Origin: a virus
Lineage: Duplodnaviria > Heunggongvirae > Uroviricota > Caudoviricetes
Reading direction: 5' to 3' (one strand)
Virus record (IMG/VR): IMGVR_UViG_2529292906_000020
Location: 1-22,254 of that record
DNA: 22,254 nucleotides
Part shown: positions 1-7,281 of the stretch, piece after piece
How positions within the stretch are numbered: the first letter of the stretch is position 1
How the letters are laid out: the number at the start of each line of letters is the position of its first letter
Translations under genes and position numbers: made by a program
The notes under the pieces: model-generated
What the model was told of the DNA's origin: nothing
Database searches by the model: none
What the model saw: only the letters and a program-made list of their open reading frames with translations

Positions 1-1272
1 GTCTCCGGCTGTCGGCAACAGGGAGATTGTGCGTACGGATGCATCTTCAGACGGCCCCGATGGCGTGTCGCCGCCGGGCGAGGGTTTGATTTCCGGTGCC
101 TTACCACTGATGAAGGCTGAGGTGCGCCCGGCTGCGTTCAGAATAGCGGTTGCCATACGATCCGGAATAATGCTCCTGCGCGCCCATGAACTGAAATGTG
201 TCGGGCGGTTTGATGATACCTGGTTTCCATTCGTTCTCGATGCCGCACCGTAATATCCTGATGCCGGAATATCCGGATCTTCTGCCGGTGCGTTAGTGGC
301 GGTATTGACGCCGTTACCGTCTGTCATGAAGGGCACAAAATAAACGCCCTCACTCTCCCTGTTTTTATACCCGCCGTACACGGTGTCGTACTGGGTAGCG
401 TATGTATTTTTCCAGTAATACGTCGTGTCACCACAAATCCACGGCACATTTACAGCACTGCCACCATGACACTGCGCGTTAAACACAGTGAGGTCAGCAC
501 GAAACTGCTTCAGCATGGCTGTAAACAGCGCAGGTTGCTGTGCGTAGGTGGCGGCGCTCATGTCAAACTCTCCCTGCATCCAGCACACCGCCAGCAACAC
601 ATTTTTCGGGTTCTTCTGTAATGCAGCTTTAGTGCGCGCAATCAGGTCCTGATATAACGGTTTACCCACCCCCCAGCGCGCCGAATCCTGGCTGGCCCCC
701 GCGTCCGCACTGAATGTCCCCTCCGCGCCCCGGGTGAATGCCGAACCACCACGACAGCATGGTACCAGCAGGATCCCCGCGTTATTCGGGATATACGGGA
801 GCAGTTTTTTGGCAATATGTAAGCCCTGGCCGACACAGCCGTACTGCCCTTTGCTCAGGTCTGCCTTCGGATGATTCAGCGTACTCATATCCTGCACATC
901 ATGCAGACAGTGGTCAGCCGGGATGATGTCGTTATACGTACAACTCTCTCCACCCGGAGTTACCGTGCTGCGGCGCGCCAGCTGTTTAATGCGCGGATCC
1001 GGAGCATCGTAAGAATCCGGTAACGGAAGCCCTTCACCGTAGGCCATGCCGTTGGACTGTCCGGCAAGCACAACCACGTAGAACCAGTCCGGCTCAGATG
1101 AAGGGCCGACCTGTGGATCTCCTTCAATAGCCACCGCCTGCATCAGTGTGTACGGCGTAATGGCAACCGGTCCGCCATATGGCTGCCAGCCCTCTTTCAG
1201 TTTGTGTGTCAGCTTTTCCGCAAGGTCTGACGGCGACGCCGCCCTGACAACATCATAGTGTTTAAATGCCAT
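1..1272 (-). CDS. nanS-p: NanS-p-like prophage sialate O-acetylesterase (DUF1737-like N-terminus plus SGNH/SASA esterase domain); 5' 424 codons only, 3' end lies beyond window start
   Basis: ATG at 1272-1270 preceded by GGAGG; frame stays open to position 1; translation starts MAFKHYDVVRAASPSDLAEKL and contains VLAGQSNG (GxSxG-type SGNH motif); sits downstream of the phage tRNAs as in Stx-type prophages. Confidence 0.6.
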   Translation of the reverse strand, partial: MAFKHYDVVRAASPSDLAEKLTHKLKEGWQPYGGPVAITPYTLMQAVAIEGDPQVGPSSEPDWFYVVVLAGQSNGMAYGEGLPLPDSYDAPDPRIKQLARRSTVTPGGESCTYNDIIPADHCLHDVQDMSTLNHPKADLSKGQYGCVGQGLHIAKKLLPYIPNNAGILLVPCCRGGSAFTRGAEGTFSADAGASQDSARWGVGKPLYQDLIARTKAALQKNPKNVLLAVCWMQGEFDMSAATYAQQPALFTAMLKQFRADLTVFNAQCHGGSAVNVPWICGDTTYYWKNTYATQYDTVYGGYKNRESEGVYFVPFMTDGNGVNTATNAPAEDPDIPASGYYGAASRTNGNQVSSNRPTHFSSWARRSIIPDRMATAILNAAGRTSAFISGKAPEIKPSPGGDTPSGPSEDASVRTISLLPTAGD

Positions 1273-1466
1273 GAATCCTCCCGGCCGGGATAATATTGTG
1301 AGTAAAATGAGGAGCGGGCTGAAGTCCGGAAGTTACAGGACAATGGCAGAAGAGAGACAATAGCCCGCAATACGAAAAAGGCCGCGCTATTGCGCAGAGT
1401 GATTACTGTCGGATATTATTCGCCAGCTGAAATATTACTTCACGTTTTGTTGTTTATTCCTTGCCG

Positions 1467-1494
1467 CCCGCGTCTCCCTGCGCGGGATTTTTTT
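1467..1494 (+). terminator. Rho-independent terminator-like hairpin on plus strand (CCCGCG-loop-CGCGGG followed by T7)
   Basis: 6-bp GC stem 1467-1472/1481-1486 followed by ATTTTTTT. Confidence 0.45.
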
Positions 1495-1505
1495 GTCCAT
1501 AAGAA

Positions 1506-1525
1506 AGCCCCTCCGGAGAGGGGCT
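1506..1525. repeat. Perfect palindromic hairpin AGCCCCTC-CGGA-GAGGGGCT (8-bp stem, 4-nt loop)
   Basis: Perfect inverted repeat read directly; no flanking U-tract on either strand, so not a canonical terminator. Confidence 0.5.
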
Positions 1526-1721
1526 GGAGAGTGGCGCTATGTGCCATTGCATGGTGCCGGGTGCCTCCCGGTGAATTCAGTACCAGCACCTGAATCCGCG
1601 ATTATCCCATATACCTACTCGCTGATTGCCCCTCCGCACAGGGGGATTCACCATGCCAGTTTCTTTTAACAAACTCCCCGCAAAACAGACAACTGTCAAC
1701 CGTCTGAATTGTGAGACATTT

Positions 1722-1747
1722 AAAAAAAAGGCCCGCAAAAGCGAGCC
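1722..1747 (-). terminator. Rho-independent terminator after the tRNA cluster (minus strand)
   Basis: On minus strand GGCUCGC-UUUU-GCGGGCC (7-bp stem with one G.U) followed by U8 (plus A-run 1722-1729). Confidence 0.6.
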
Positions 1748-1761
1748 AGGGAAAATAAGTG

Positions 1762-1838
1762 TGGCGCGTTGTACTGGATTCGAACCAGTGACCGATTGCT
1801 TAGAAGGCAATTGCTCTGTCCGGCTGAGCTAACAACGC
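1762..1838 (-). tRNA. tRNA-Arg (anticodon TCT)
   Basis: Manual cloverleaf: acceptor GCGTTGT/ACAACGC, D-stem GCTC/GAGC, anticodon stem ATTGC/GCAAT with loop CTTCTAA, T-arm ACTGG-TTCGAAT-CCAGT, encoded CCA; 77 nt. Confidence 0.85.
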
Positions 1839-1851
1839 AGGGTACAGATAA

Positions 1852-1928
1852 TGGACCGCCATCGAGGACTCGAACCCCGCGCAACCAGCTTCGAAGGCTG
1901 GCGCTCTATCCTGATGAGCTAATGGCGG
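1852..1928 (-). tRNA. tRNA-Arg (anticodon TCG as read from loop CTTCGAA)
   Basis: Manual cloverleaf: acceptor CCGCCAT/ATGGCGG, D-stem GCTC/GAGC, anticodon stem CCAGC/GCTGG, T-loop TTCGAGT, encoded CCA; 77 nt. Confidence 0.75.
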
Positions 1929-1935
1929 TATGTGA

Positions 1936-2011
1936 TGGTGGCCCTTGCTGGATTTGAACCAGCGACCTGGCGATTATGAGTCGCTCGCTCTCACCACTGA
2001 GCTAAAGGGCC
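1936..2011 (-). tRNA. tRNA with CAT anticodon (Met or lysidine-modified Ile2, ileZ-like in phage context)
   Basis: Manual cloverleaf: acceptor GGCCCTT/AAGGGCC, D-stem GCTC/GAGC, anticodon loop CTCATAA, T-arm GCTGG-TTCAAAT-CCAGC, encoded CCA; 76 nt. Confidence 0.8.
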
Positions 2012-2060
2012 GCGCGCAGAATAATAACGTTACGGAATTAATACTGCAATCTCATCCGTT

Positions 2061-3110
2061 TCAAACGATTAAATCCTGAACTTCCCTGACTGTCTGCTCA
2101 AAACGTCCGGTCTCCAGCTCAACACCAATCGCACGACGCCCCAGTGCCATCGCCGCTTTTACCGTTGAACCCGACCCCATGAAAAAATCCGCAACCAGAT
2201 CACCAGGACGACTACTTGCGCTGATTATCTGCTGCAGCATTTCTGCCGGTTTTTCGCACGGATGTTTCCCTGGATAGTACTGCACCGGTTTATACGTCCA
2301 CACATCGGTGTACGGCACCTGCACCGTCACACCGAAATACCGCCGCAAATTTTTATATTCACTCAGCAGTTCCATATACTGCCGGTTCAGCTCACTGTAT
2401 GTGCTGACCAGCTGGTGGTGTGGCTTTTCCAGTTCCCCGCGCTGATGTTTCTCTTCTGCCACCCGGGCAAACAGCGACTGTAATTTCAGATAATCGCTTT
2501 CATTCGGCAACTGCCACTGACCGGCACTGAACCAGTGCGACACCATGTTTTTCTTTCCTGTGGCATCTGCAATCTGTTTTGCCGTTATCCCCAGGGCTGC
2601 GCGCGCATCACGAAAGTAAGAAATCAGCGGGGCCATCACATGCTGTTTCAGTGCACTGCCCTTCGCCGCATACCCGGCATCTTTCGGACGATACGGCCCC
2701 TGATAATGTTCCGCGAACAGAATGCGCTCTGTGGCGGGGAAATACGCCCGCAGGCTTTCCTTGTTGCATCCGTTCCAGCGTCCGGACGGCTTCGCCCAGA
2801 TAATATGGTTCAGCACACTGAAGTGTTCACGCATCATGATTTCGATATCAGATGCCAGGCGATGACCACAGAACAGGTAAAGACTTCCGGCAGGTTTCAG
2901 CACCCGCCAGAACTGCGCCAGACACTGGTCCAGCCACTTCAGGTAATCATCGTCGCCCTTCCACTGGTTATCCCAGCCCTCAGGCTTCACTTTAAAGTAC
3001 GGCGGGTCCGTAACTATCAGGTCAACAGAATTTTCGGGTAACGACCGGATAAATTCCAGGCAGTCGGCGTTGATTAACTCACAACTGGATATTTTTACAG
3101 TATTAAGCAT
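2061..3110 (-). CDS. DNA methyltransferase, beta-class amino-MTase (N6-adenine or N4-cytosine); orphan, no adjacent restriction endonuclease
   Basis: 349 aa; motif IV DPPY near N-terminus (LIVTDPPYF) and motif I FFMGSGST near C-terminus, the circularly permuted order typical of beta-class MTases. Confidence 0.85.
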   Translation of the reverse strand: MLNTVKISSCELINADCLEFIRSLPENSVDLIVTDPPYFKVKPEGWDNQWKGDDDYLKWLDQCLAQFWRVLKPAGSLYLFCGHRLASDIEIMMREHFSVLNHIIWAKPSGRWNGCNKESLRAYFPATERILFAEHYQGPYRPKDAGYAAKGSALKQHVMAPLISYFRDARAALGITAKQIADATGKKNMVSHWFSAGQWQLPNESDYLKLQSLFARVAEEKHQRGELEKPHHQLVSTYSELNRQYMELLSEYKNLRRYFGVTVQVPYTDVWTYKPVQYYPGKHPCEKPAEMLQQIISASSRPGDLVADFFMGSGSTVKAAMALGRRAIGVELETGRFEQTVREVQDLIV

Positions 3111-3245
3111 GGATCATTAAGCCTGTCTCTGATAGGCTCATTCTGCTTTTGCGCAAAGCAGTGGGCCTGAGGTTTGCTTGTGAACCCAACGCATGAGCAG
3201 ATGGCTGGCAGGTGCCGCTAACACCCACCAGCCGCCCATTACCAC

Positions 3246-3273
3246 AAATAAAAAAGCCTTCACTGAGGAAGGC
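3246..3273 (-). terminator. Rho-independent terminator overlapping the 3' end of the 65-aa gene
   Basis: Minus strand GCCTTC-CUCAGU-GAAGGC followed by UUUUUUAUUU. Confidence 0.6.
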
Positions 3274-3457
3274 GTCTGTAACAACCGAACTGATAATCTG
3301 CCAGACCCGCCATAACAAGCTGGGTCAGTATTAACTGGCAACGTTCGCGTGAAAGGTAAGTATTATGCGCAATTTCCCCGACGGTCGCCGGTTCGGTGAC
3401 GCTTAATTCATTAAACACCACTCTGGCAGTTTCGGTCATATCCTGCTGTTTTAGCAT
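3260..3457 (-). CDS. Small winged-helix-like DNA-binding protein (65 aa), function unknown
   Basis: ORF with GGGAAAAGG upstream of ATG; sequence TVGEIAHNTYLSRERCQLILTQLVMAGLA resembles a wHTH recognition region; flanked by terminators on both sides. Confidence 0.5.
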   Translation of the reverse strand: MLKQQDMTETARVVFNELSVTEPATVGEIAHNTYLSRERCQLILTQLVMAGLADYQFGCYRRLPQ

Positions 3458-3575
3458 GCCTTTTCCCTTTTCTGGTTAACGTGACATACCAATAACTCTT
3501 GTCGAAAAAGCCAGCAAGCTGAAAGACCGATATTAATAACTACCAGCGCGTTTAATGTACCGCACTTCGGGCATC

Positions 3576-3599
3576 AAAAAACCCGCTCAATGGCGGGTT
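3576..3599 (-). terminator. Rho-independent terminator about 20 nt downstream of the 265-aa gene
   Basis: Minus strand AACCCGC-CAUUGA-GCGGGUU followed by UUUUGAUG (U6 run including stem end). Confidence 0.65.
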
Positions 3600-3619
3600 T
3601 AATTAATGAGGTAACAACC

Positions 3620-4417
3620 TTAACTTGTTTGATTCTGTACTTCAGTGGCCTTCTTCCCTTCAATACCTGCCTTGAAAGTCTCGAATGTTTCAACATTAAA
3701 CAGCGAAAAAGATTCGATCTGATCGAAGGGCAACACATGCCTAAACTGATAAACTGACAATGGCTCAGAAGTTAATGTGATACCCTGACTAAGGTAGTAG
3801 TCCACATAATTATGCTCAACACAAAAAGTCAGAGTATCTTTATCTCTGTACCCGGACATAAAAGGGATTAGCACCAATGTGTTAGTATCTAACTGATTGA
3901 AACGTGCCTCATCAATCATCCCCACATAGACCTTGCGAGACTTCAGTGTAACCAACAATAACAATCCACGCTCAACTGATTCAAGAAGGATATTTTCCAC
4001 GGCACTATGAGCCGCAATTTCTTCAAAAATAGCCTTGCGCTTTTGTGGGTCTTTATGGTTTTTGGTTGCCTCTGATGCCTTCCCGATACTTACAATAATA
4101 GTGAAAGCTATCGACATAGCAGGGAACATGCTCAACCCAAACACTCGCATTTTGAGAAAGTCATGGGCGAAAGTAAAGGGAGCGTACCAACCAAACAAGT
4201 ACGCTGGAATGTTCCAAAGTGACATTCCAGCGTACAGAACAACAACCAATAAGGCAGCGATAAGAATACCACTTATGAGAAACTCACCACCTTTCAGTGC
4301 AACATCAAAGTATGCATTCCAACCGATCGCTTTGCTTTGACGGTATCGTGACGGCAAATGGCAGTTGGTATAGTGATAACCACAAACTAAAACAATAACA
4401 ATCAGCGCAGCCCACAT
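3620..4417 (-). CDS. Membrane protein of unknown function (265 aa): three predicted N-terminal TM helices plus about 150-aa C-terminal soluble domain
   Basis: Hydrophobic segments WAALIVIVLVCGY, FLISGILIAALLVVVLYAGMSLW and FGLSMFPAMSIAFTIIVSI; ATG at 4417 lies 6 nt after the stop of the upstream 75-aa ORF (coupled pair); A+T-rich by eye relative to flanks. Confidence 0.7.
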   Translation of the reverse strand: MWAALIVIVLVCGYHYTNCHLPSRYRQSKAIGWNAYFDVALKGGEFLISGILIAALLVVVLYAGMSLWNIPAYLFGWYAPFTFAHDFLKMRVFGLSMFPAMSIAFTIIVSIGKASEATKNHKDPQKRKAIFEEIAAHSAVENILLESVERGLLLLVTLKSRKVYVGMIDEARFNQLDTNTLVLIPFMSGYRDKDTLTFCVEHNYVDYYLSQGITLTSEPLSVYQFRHVLPFDQIESFSLFNVETFETFKAGIEGKKATEVQNQTS

Positions 4418-4423
4418 AGAAGA

Positions 4424-4651
4424 CTAACCCTTCTTCTTAGTACTCAATCCCTTAATATTGGCTGCGAAAGCCTTTTGCACATCAGCGTTGTTGCGATTCA
4501 AAACCATCGAACCATTACTATCAATGAAAAACTTGTCACTTTCATGCTTAGCTTCTTTTCCATCACACATGGAAGCTATATCTGCAATTTTTTTGATGAT
4601 CTTCTCAGGTGAGAGGATCGCGCGAGCGGCAAGTGTTAGATATTTCGGCAT
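4424..4651 (-). CDS. Small hydrophilic protein (75 aa) of unknown function, first gene of the two-gene cassette
   Basis: ATG at 4651-4649 preceded by GGAGGGGAGC (strong SD); alternative upstream ATG at 4708 would add a hydrophobic 19-aa N-terminus (MCAYFVCVLFVFYLLTEGS) but has a weaker RBS. Confidence 0.6.
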   Translation of the reverse strand: MPKYLTLAARAILSPEKIIKKIADIASMCDGKEAKHESDKFFIDSNGSMVLNRNNADVQKAFAANIKGLSTKKKG

Positions 4652-4830
4652 GCTCCCCTCCGTTAACAGATAAAACACAAAAAGCACACAAACAAAGTAT
4701 GCGCACATCCTAACCTATGTGGCTAACAACCACTTTCTTTTATAAGATGAGTGTATTACCTAAAGGGTAACTCGGCAATAGCAGAATAGTTTTAGCAAGG
4801 TAAAATCGATGGTCTTTCGCTCAACTTACG

Positions 4831-4859
4831 ACAAAAGATAGCCCGCTCAGCAGCAGGCT
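4831..4859 (-). terminator. tR'-like Rho-independent terminator about 70-90 nt downstream of the Q-like gene
   Basis: Minus strand AGCCUGC-UGCUGA-GCGGGCU (7-bp stem, one G.U) followed by AUCUUUUGU. Confidence 0.55.
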
Positions 4860-4911
4860 TTGTTTAGTTTGCCATCGTGTACAAAATCAGCAAAATATCA
4901 GATTTACACGA

Positions 4912-4940
4912 AATGTACGCGATTTAATTGACTTTTGCAA
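4912..4940 (-). promoter_or_regulatory. Candidate late promoter (pR'-like) overlapping the 3' end of the Q-like gene
   Basis: -35 TTGCAA (4935-4940), 17-bp spacer, -10 TACATT (4912-4917) on minus strand, immediately upstream of the tR'-like terminator. Confidence 0.4.
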
Positions 4941-5619
4941 TAACCCGCCGCGAAAAGGTCGCTTTTTGTTGCGATCTTGTTTTCATGGTATAAATCAAAG
5001 ATTCGTTGTCGAGGTTCTTAAAAATGTCGCACATATCACGCCAGTAGTGCGCATAATTGTGGCTCCAGTTGTCTGACTTAACTCCACACAGTCTGGCAAG
5101 TTCCTGTCGCTGGTAGACGTCACACCCAGTAATCCTCCCCCTGACATCCTGCGCCGCCAGCCAGATTAATTTCTTCAGACGCTCAAGCGTTTTCCCTGTA
5201 ATTTTTCTGGTGCCAAAATGCACCTGAAACTTATCCCACGCCCATTTCGCAATGACCACCTGATAATCCCAACTCGGATTTTCACTGTATACCCACAGTA
5301 CCCACGCCTTCTGATGCTCTTCAAGAGACAGAACGGCGCGTCGCCATGATGATGTCGAAAACTCAACCGGACTGACTAGGGCAATTGATGAACCTTTCGC
5401 CAGCGATTGCTTTCCCGGGATCGGTGGATTATCCAGCGTTACCATTTTTCCAGTGACCTTATCGCGGTACCGGATTTTTTTACGTCTGTAACGCCCTGTA
5501 TCAAACATGGCATTCTCCTGCCAGGCTTCAAGCTGACCTTTTGTTGCCCCACTCAAATCGGCGGTGGCGATAATGAGTTGCTCACGAACAAACTGTAAAT
5601 ACTGGTTATTCATGCGCAC
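4924..5619 (-). CDS. Putative late-gene antiterminator (Q-like), 231 aa
   Basis: Called mainly by position: last gene of the nin-like region after rusA, immediately followed by a promoter/terminator pair and late-region cargo; family not verified. Confidence 0.5.
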   Translation of the reverse strand: MRMNNQYLQFVREQLIIATADLSGATKGQLEAWQENAMFDTGRYRRKKIRYRDKVTGKMVTLDNPPIPGKQSLAKGSSIALVSPVEFSTSSWRRAVLSLEEHQKAWVLWVYSENPSWDYQVVIAKWAWDKFQVHFGTRKITGKTLERLKKLIWLAAQDVRGRITGCDVYQRQELARLCGVKSDNWSHNYAHYWRDMCDIFKNLDNESLIYTMKTRSQQKATFSRRVIAKVN

Positions 5620-5969
5620 TCCAGCTCTGTGATTTTTATCCCCAACCGACCACCAGGAACAGGCAGTCCGCGCACAATATTGATTTCATCAAACTGCTCG
5701 TCGTCGATAAGCAACCCCGCATGTGTCAGTGCATCCAGTGGTGCTTTCAGAATATTGTCCAGGTCACGACGGCGCTTATCCGGTGGCTCTGCAATCACCT
5801 TTATCGCCAGCCTTCCGGACAGGCTTAATTTCAGCCGCTGCTGGCGAACAATAAGCGCCACTGCCCGGCGATAACGCTCCCCGGCTTTTGATACAAAATA
5901 TGTGCTGCCACGGCGTCGCCAGTAAGTGTTCACCGTCGGCGGGTAAGGTAAAACCAAATCTATGAGCAT
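5610..5969 (-). CDS. rusA: Holliday junction resolvase RusA
   Basis: 119 aa; LPYPPTVNTYWR, RRRDLDN and GGRLGIKITELE match RusA hallmarks. Confidence 0.85.
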   Translation of the reverse strand: MLIDLVLPYPPTVNTYWRRRGSTYFVSKAGERYRRAVALIVRQQRLKLSLSGRLAIKVIAEPPDKRRRDLDNILKAPLDALTHAGLLIDDEQFDEINIVRGLPVPGGRLGIKITELECA

Positions 5970-5981
5970 CAGTCACCTCTT

Positions 5982-6977
5982 TTACCCAAGCACGCCAGTT
6001 GCAAAGGCGTGATCAAGAAAACGAAAAATTAAATCAACCTGAGAACCATGCTTTTCTTCGAACGCCAGAGGATCCGCATGAAGCTCGTTGTGATGCTCCC
6101 GACACAGCGGTAGCGTGAAAATATCGTGAGATTTTGTCCCCATTCCGCCCTGACCATGACCAATCAGGTGATGGGGATCGTCGGCTGGCTTACCACAACA
6201 TGCACACGGCTGCGTCTTAACCCAGCGCGTGTACTTTTCATTAACCCAGCGACGACGTTTTGGGCGTAACATAAAAGACTCCGGCGACTCCGGATCCACT
6301 TTCAGCGCCAGCACCTTTTTCGCCTTATCCTGGATGATGCTGGTGGCAGTAACCGAAGGCACAAGGTCACTTTCCCGGGTGACAGACGGCACAACAGGCT
6401 TCGGTAATCTCAGTGCCTTACGGGCTGCACTTTCCGGTAAGGCATCCGCCAGGTCATTACGAATCAGCCACCAGCACAGTTCCGGCATTGTCACAACGTG
6501 ACTGTCATCAAAACCAAGATCACGGCGCACAACAGACAACACCCAGCGGGCACAGTTATCCGTTGCCATTGCTTCCAGCCGTTCCGTGAACTGGTCACGG
6601 AGAAGATTGTCACAGTGCCAGCACAGACGGATTGCGCCTGGCGCGTGCCGCATTGTGGTCATGTTCTCGCTGTGCCAGTCGGAATGAGGCCACTGACAGC
6701 CCTTTTCACGAAGTAACCAGCTCTCAAGGCATTCCACGCCACCAGCACGACGGATCACCGCCTCATGGCGGAACACGGCCCGAACGGCAGGATCATCCGC
6801 CAGCGGTTGTGATGATGCCGGAACGGCACCACTGGCAAAAGATGAATAACGTTCCGGCTCAGGCTCCAGCAGGACACGCCCCTGCATAAACAGGGGCATC
6901 AGCTCTGAACCGGGTCTGAACAAGACGATCCCCATACGCGGGGCAATTTCAGGGGTCAGCAGTGCTCTCACGGTCAC
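5982..6977 (-). CDS. Nin-region protein with C-terminal HNH/zinc-finger nuclease-like motif (NinG/DUF968-like)
   Basis: 331 aa; C-terminus CACCGKP...HHLIGHGQGGMGTKSHD...CREHHNELH (Cys-X2-Cys plus His pairs). Confidence 0.55.
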   Translation of the reverse strand: MTVRALLTPEIAPRMGIVLFRPGSELMPLFMQGRVLLEPEPERYSSFASGAVPASSQPLADDPAVRAVFRHEAVIRRAGGVECLESWLLREKGCQWPHSDWHSENMTTMRHAPGAIRLCWHCDNLLRDQFTERLEAMATDNCARWVLSVVRRDLGFDDSHVVTMPELCWWLIRNDLADALPESAARKALRLPKPVVPSVTRESDLVPSVTATSIIQDKAKKVLALKVDPESPESFMLRPKRRRWVNEKYTRWVKTQPCACCGKPADDPHHLIGHGQGGMGTKSHDIFTLPLCREHHNELHADPLAFEEKHGSQVDLIFRFLDHAFATGVLG

Positions 6978-7023
6978 CTCAGCGAACGGTATTGCATGAA
7001 CGCAGGAGAAAAAAATTCAGCCA

Positions 7024-7281
7024 TCACGCAGTAAACTCCTTCACCAGCGTTTCAAACTGGCTTACCTGTCCTTCCAGTTCCGCCACGCAATCCACCAGCT
7101 CATCCACCGCCTTTTGTGTGCGGTGTTTTGCCTGCAGCAGATCACGAAGCGCCGGAGTAAGCTGCTTGCGGAGCGTATCTTTTTTCACGCTCGTTTTTTC
7201 CATCTGTTCAGCACAACGAAGCATCTCCTGCGCCTGCCGACGAAGTTGTTCCGGTGAAACAGTGATTGTTCTGTTGTTCAA
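7024..7281 (-). CDS. Small coiled-coil-like phage protein (85 aa), unknown function
   Basis: TTG start overlapping the dnaB-like stop (TTGA) with GGAG 8 nt upstream; translationally coupled. Confidence 0.5.
   Translation of the reverse strand: MNNRTITVSPEQLRRQAQEMLRCAEQMEKTSVKKDTLRKQLTPALRDLLQAKHRTQKAVDELVDCVAELEGQVSQFETLVKEFTA

Noticed and set aside
29-926. Short ORFs 29-253 (+), 642-836 (-) and 738-926 (+) inside the nanS-p interval
   Set aside because: All overlap, in other frames or on the other strand, the long RBS-supported NanS-p-like frame that runs uninterrupted from 1272 to the window edge
1273-1761. Possible stx or other toxin genes at the tRNA to nanS-p locus
   Set aside because: Interval is only about 490 bp with no ORF of adequate length or RBS; a 32-codon ORF spanning the palindromic hairpin was judged non-coding
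1577-1957. ORFs 1577-1810 (-), 1626-1832 (+) and 1769-1957 (+) across the tRNA region
   Set aside because: They overlap the three cloverleaf-folding tRNA genes and terminator hairpins and have no RBS
2262-3041. Plus-strand ORFs 2262-2483, 2535-3041 and 2579-2803 antisense to the methyltransferase
   Set aside because: Antisense shadow ORFs within a gene that has clear catalytic motifs on the minus strand
4424-4708. Longer 94-aa version of the cassette's first gene, starting at ATG 4708 with a hydrophobic N-terminus
   Set aside because: The extra 19 codons translate a T-rich stretch that also supplies the strong SD for the internal ATG at 4651, and the 4708 start has a poorer RBS; kept only as an alternative start
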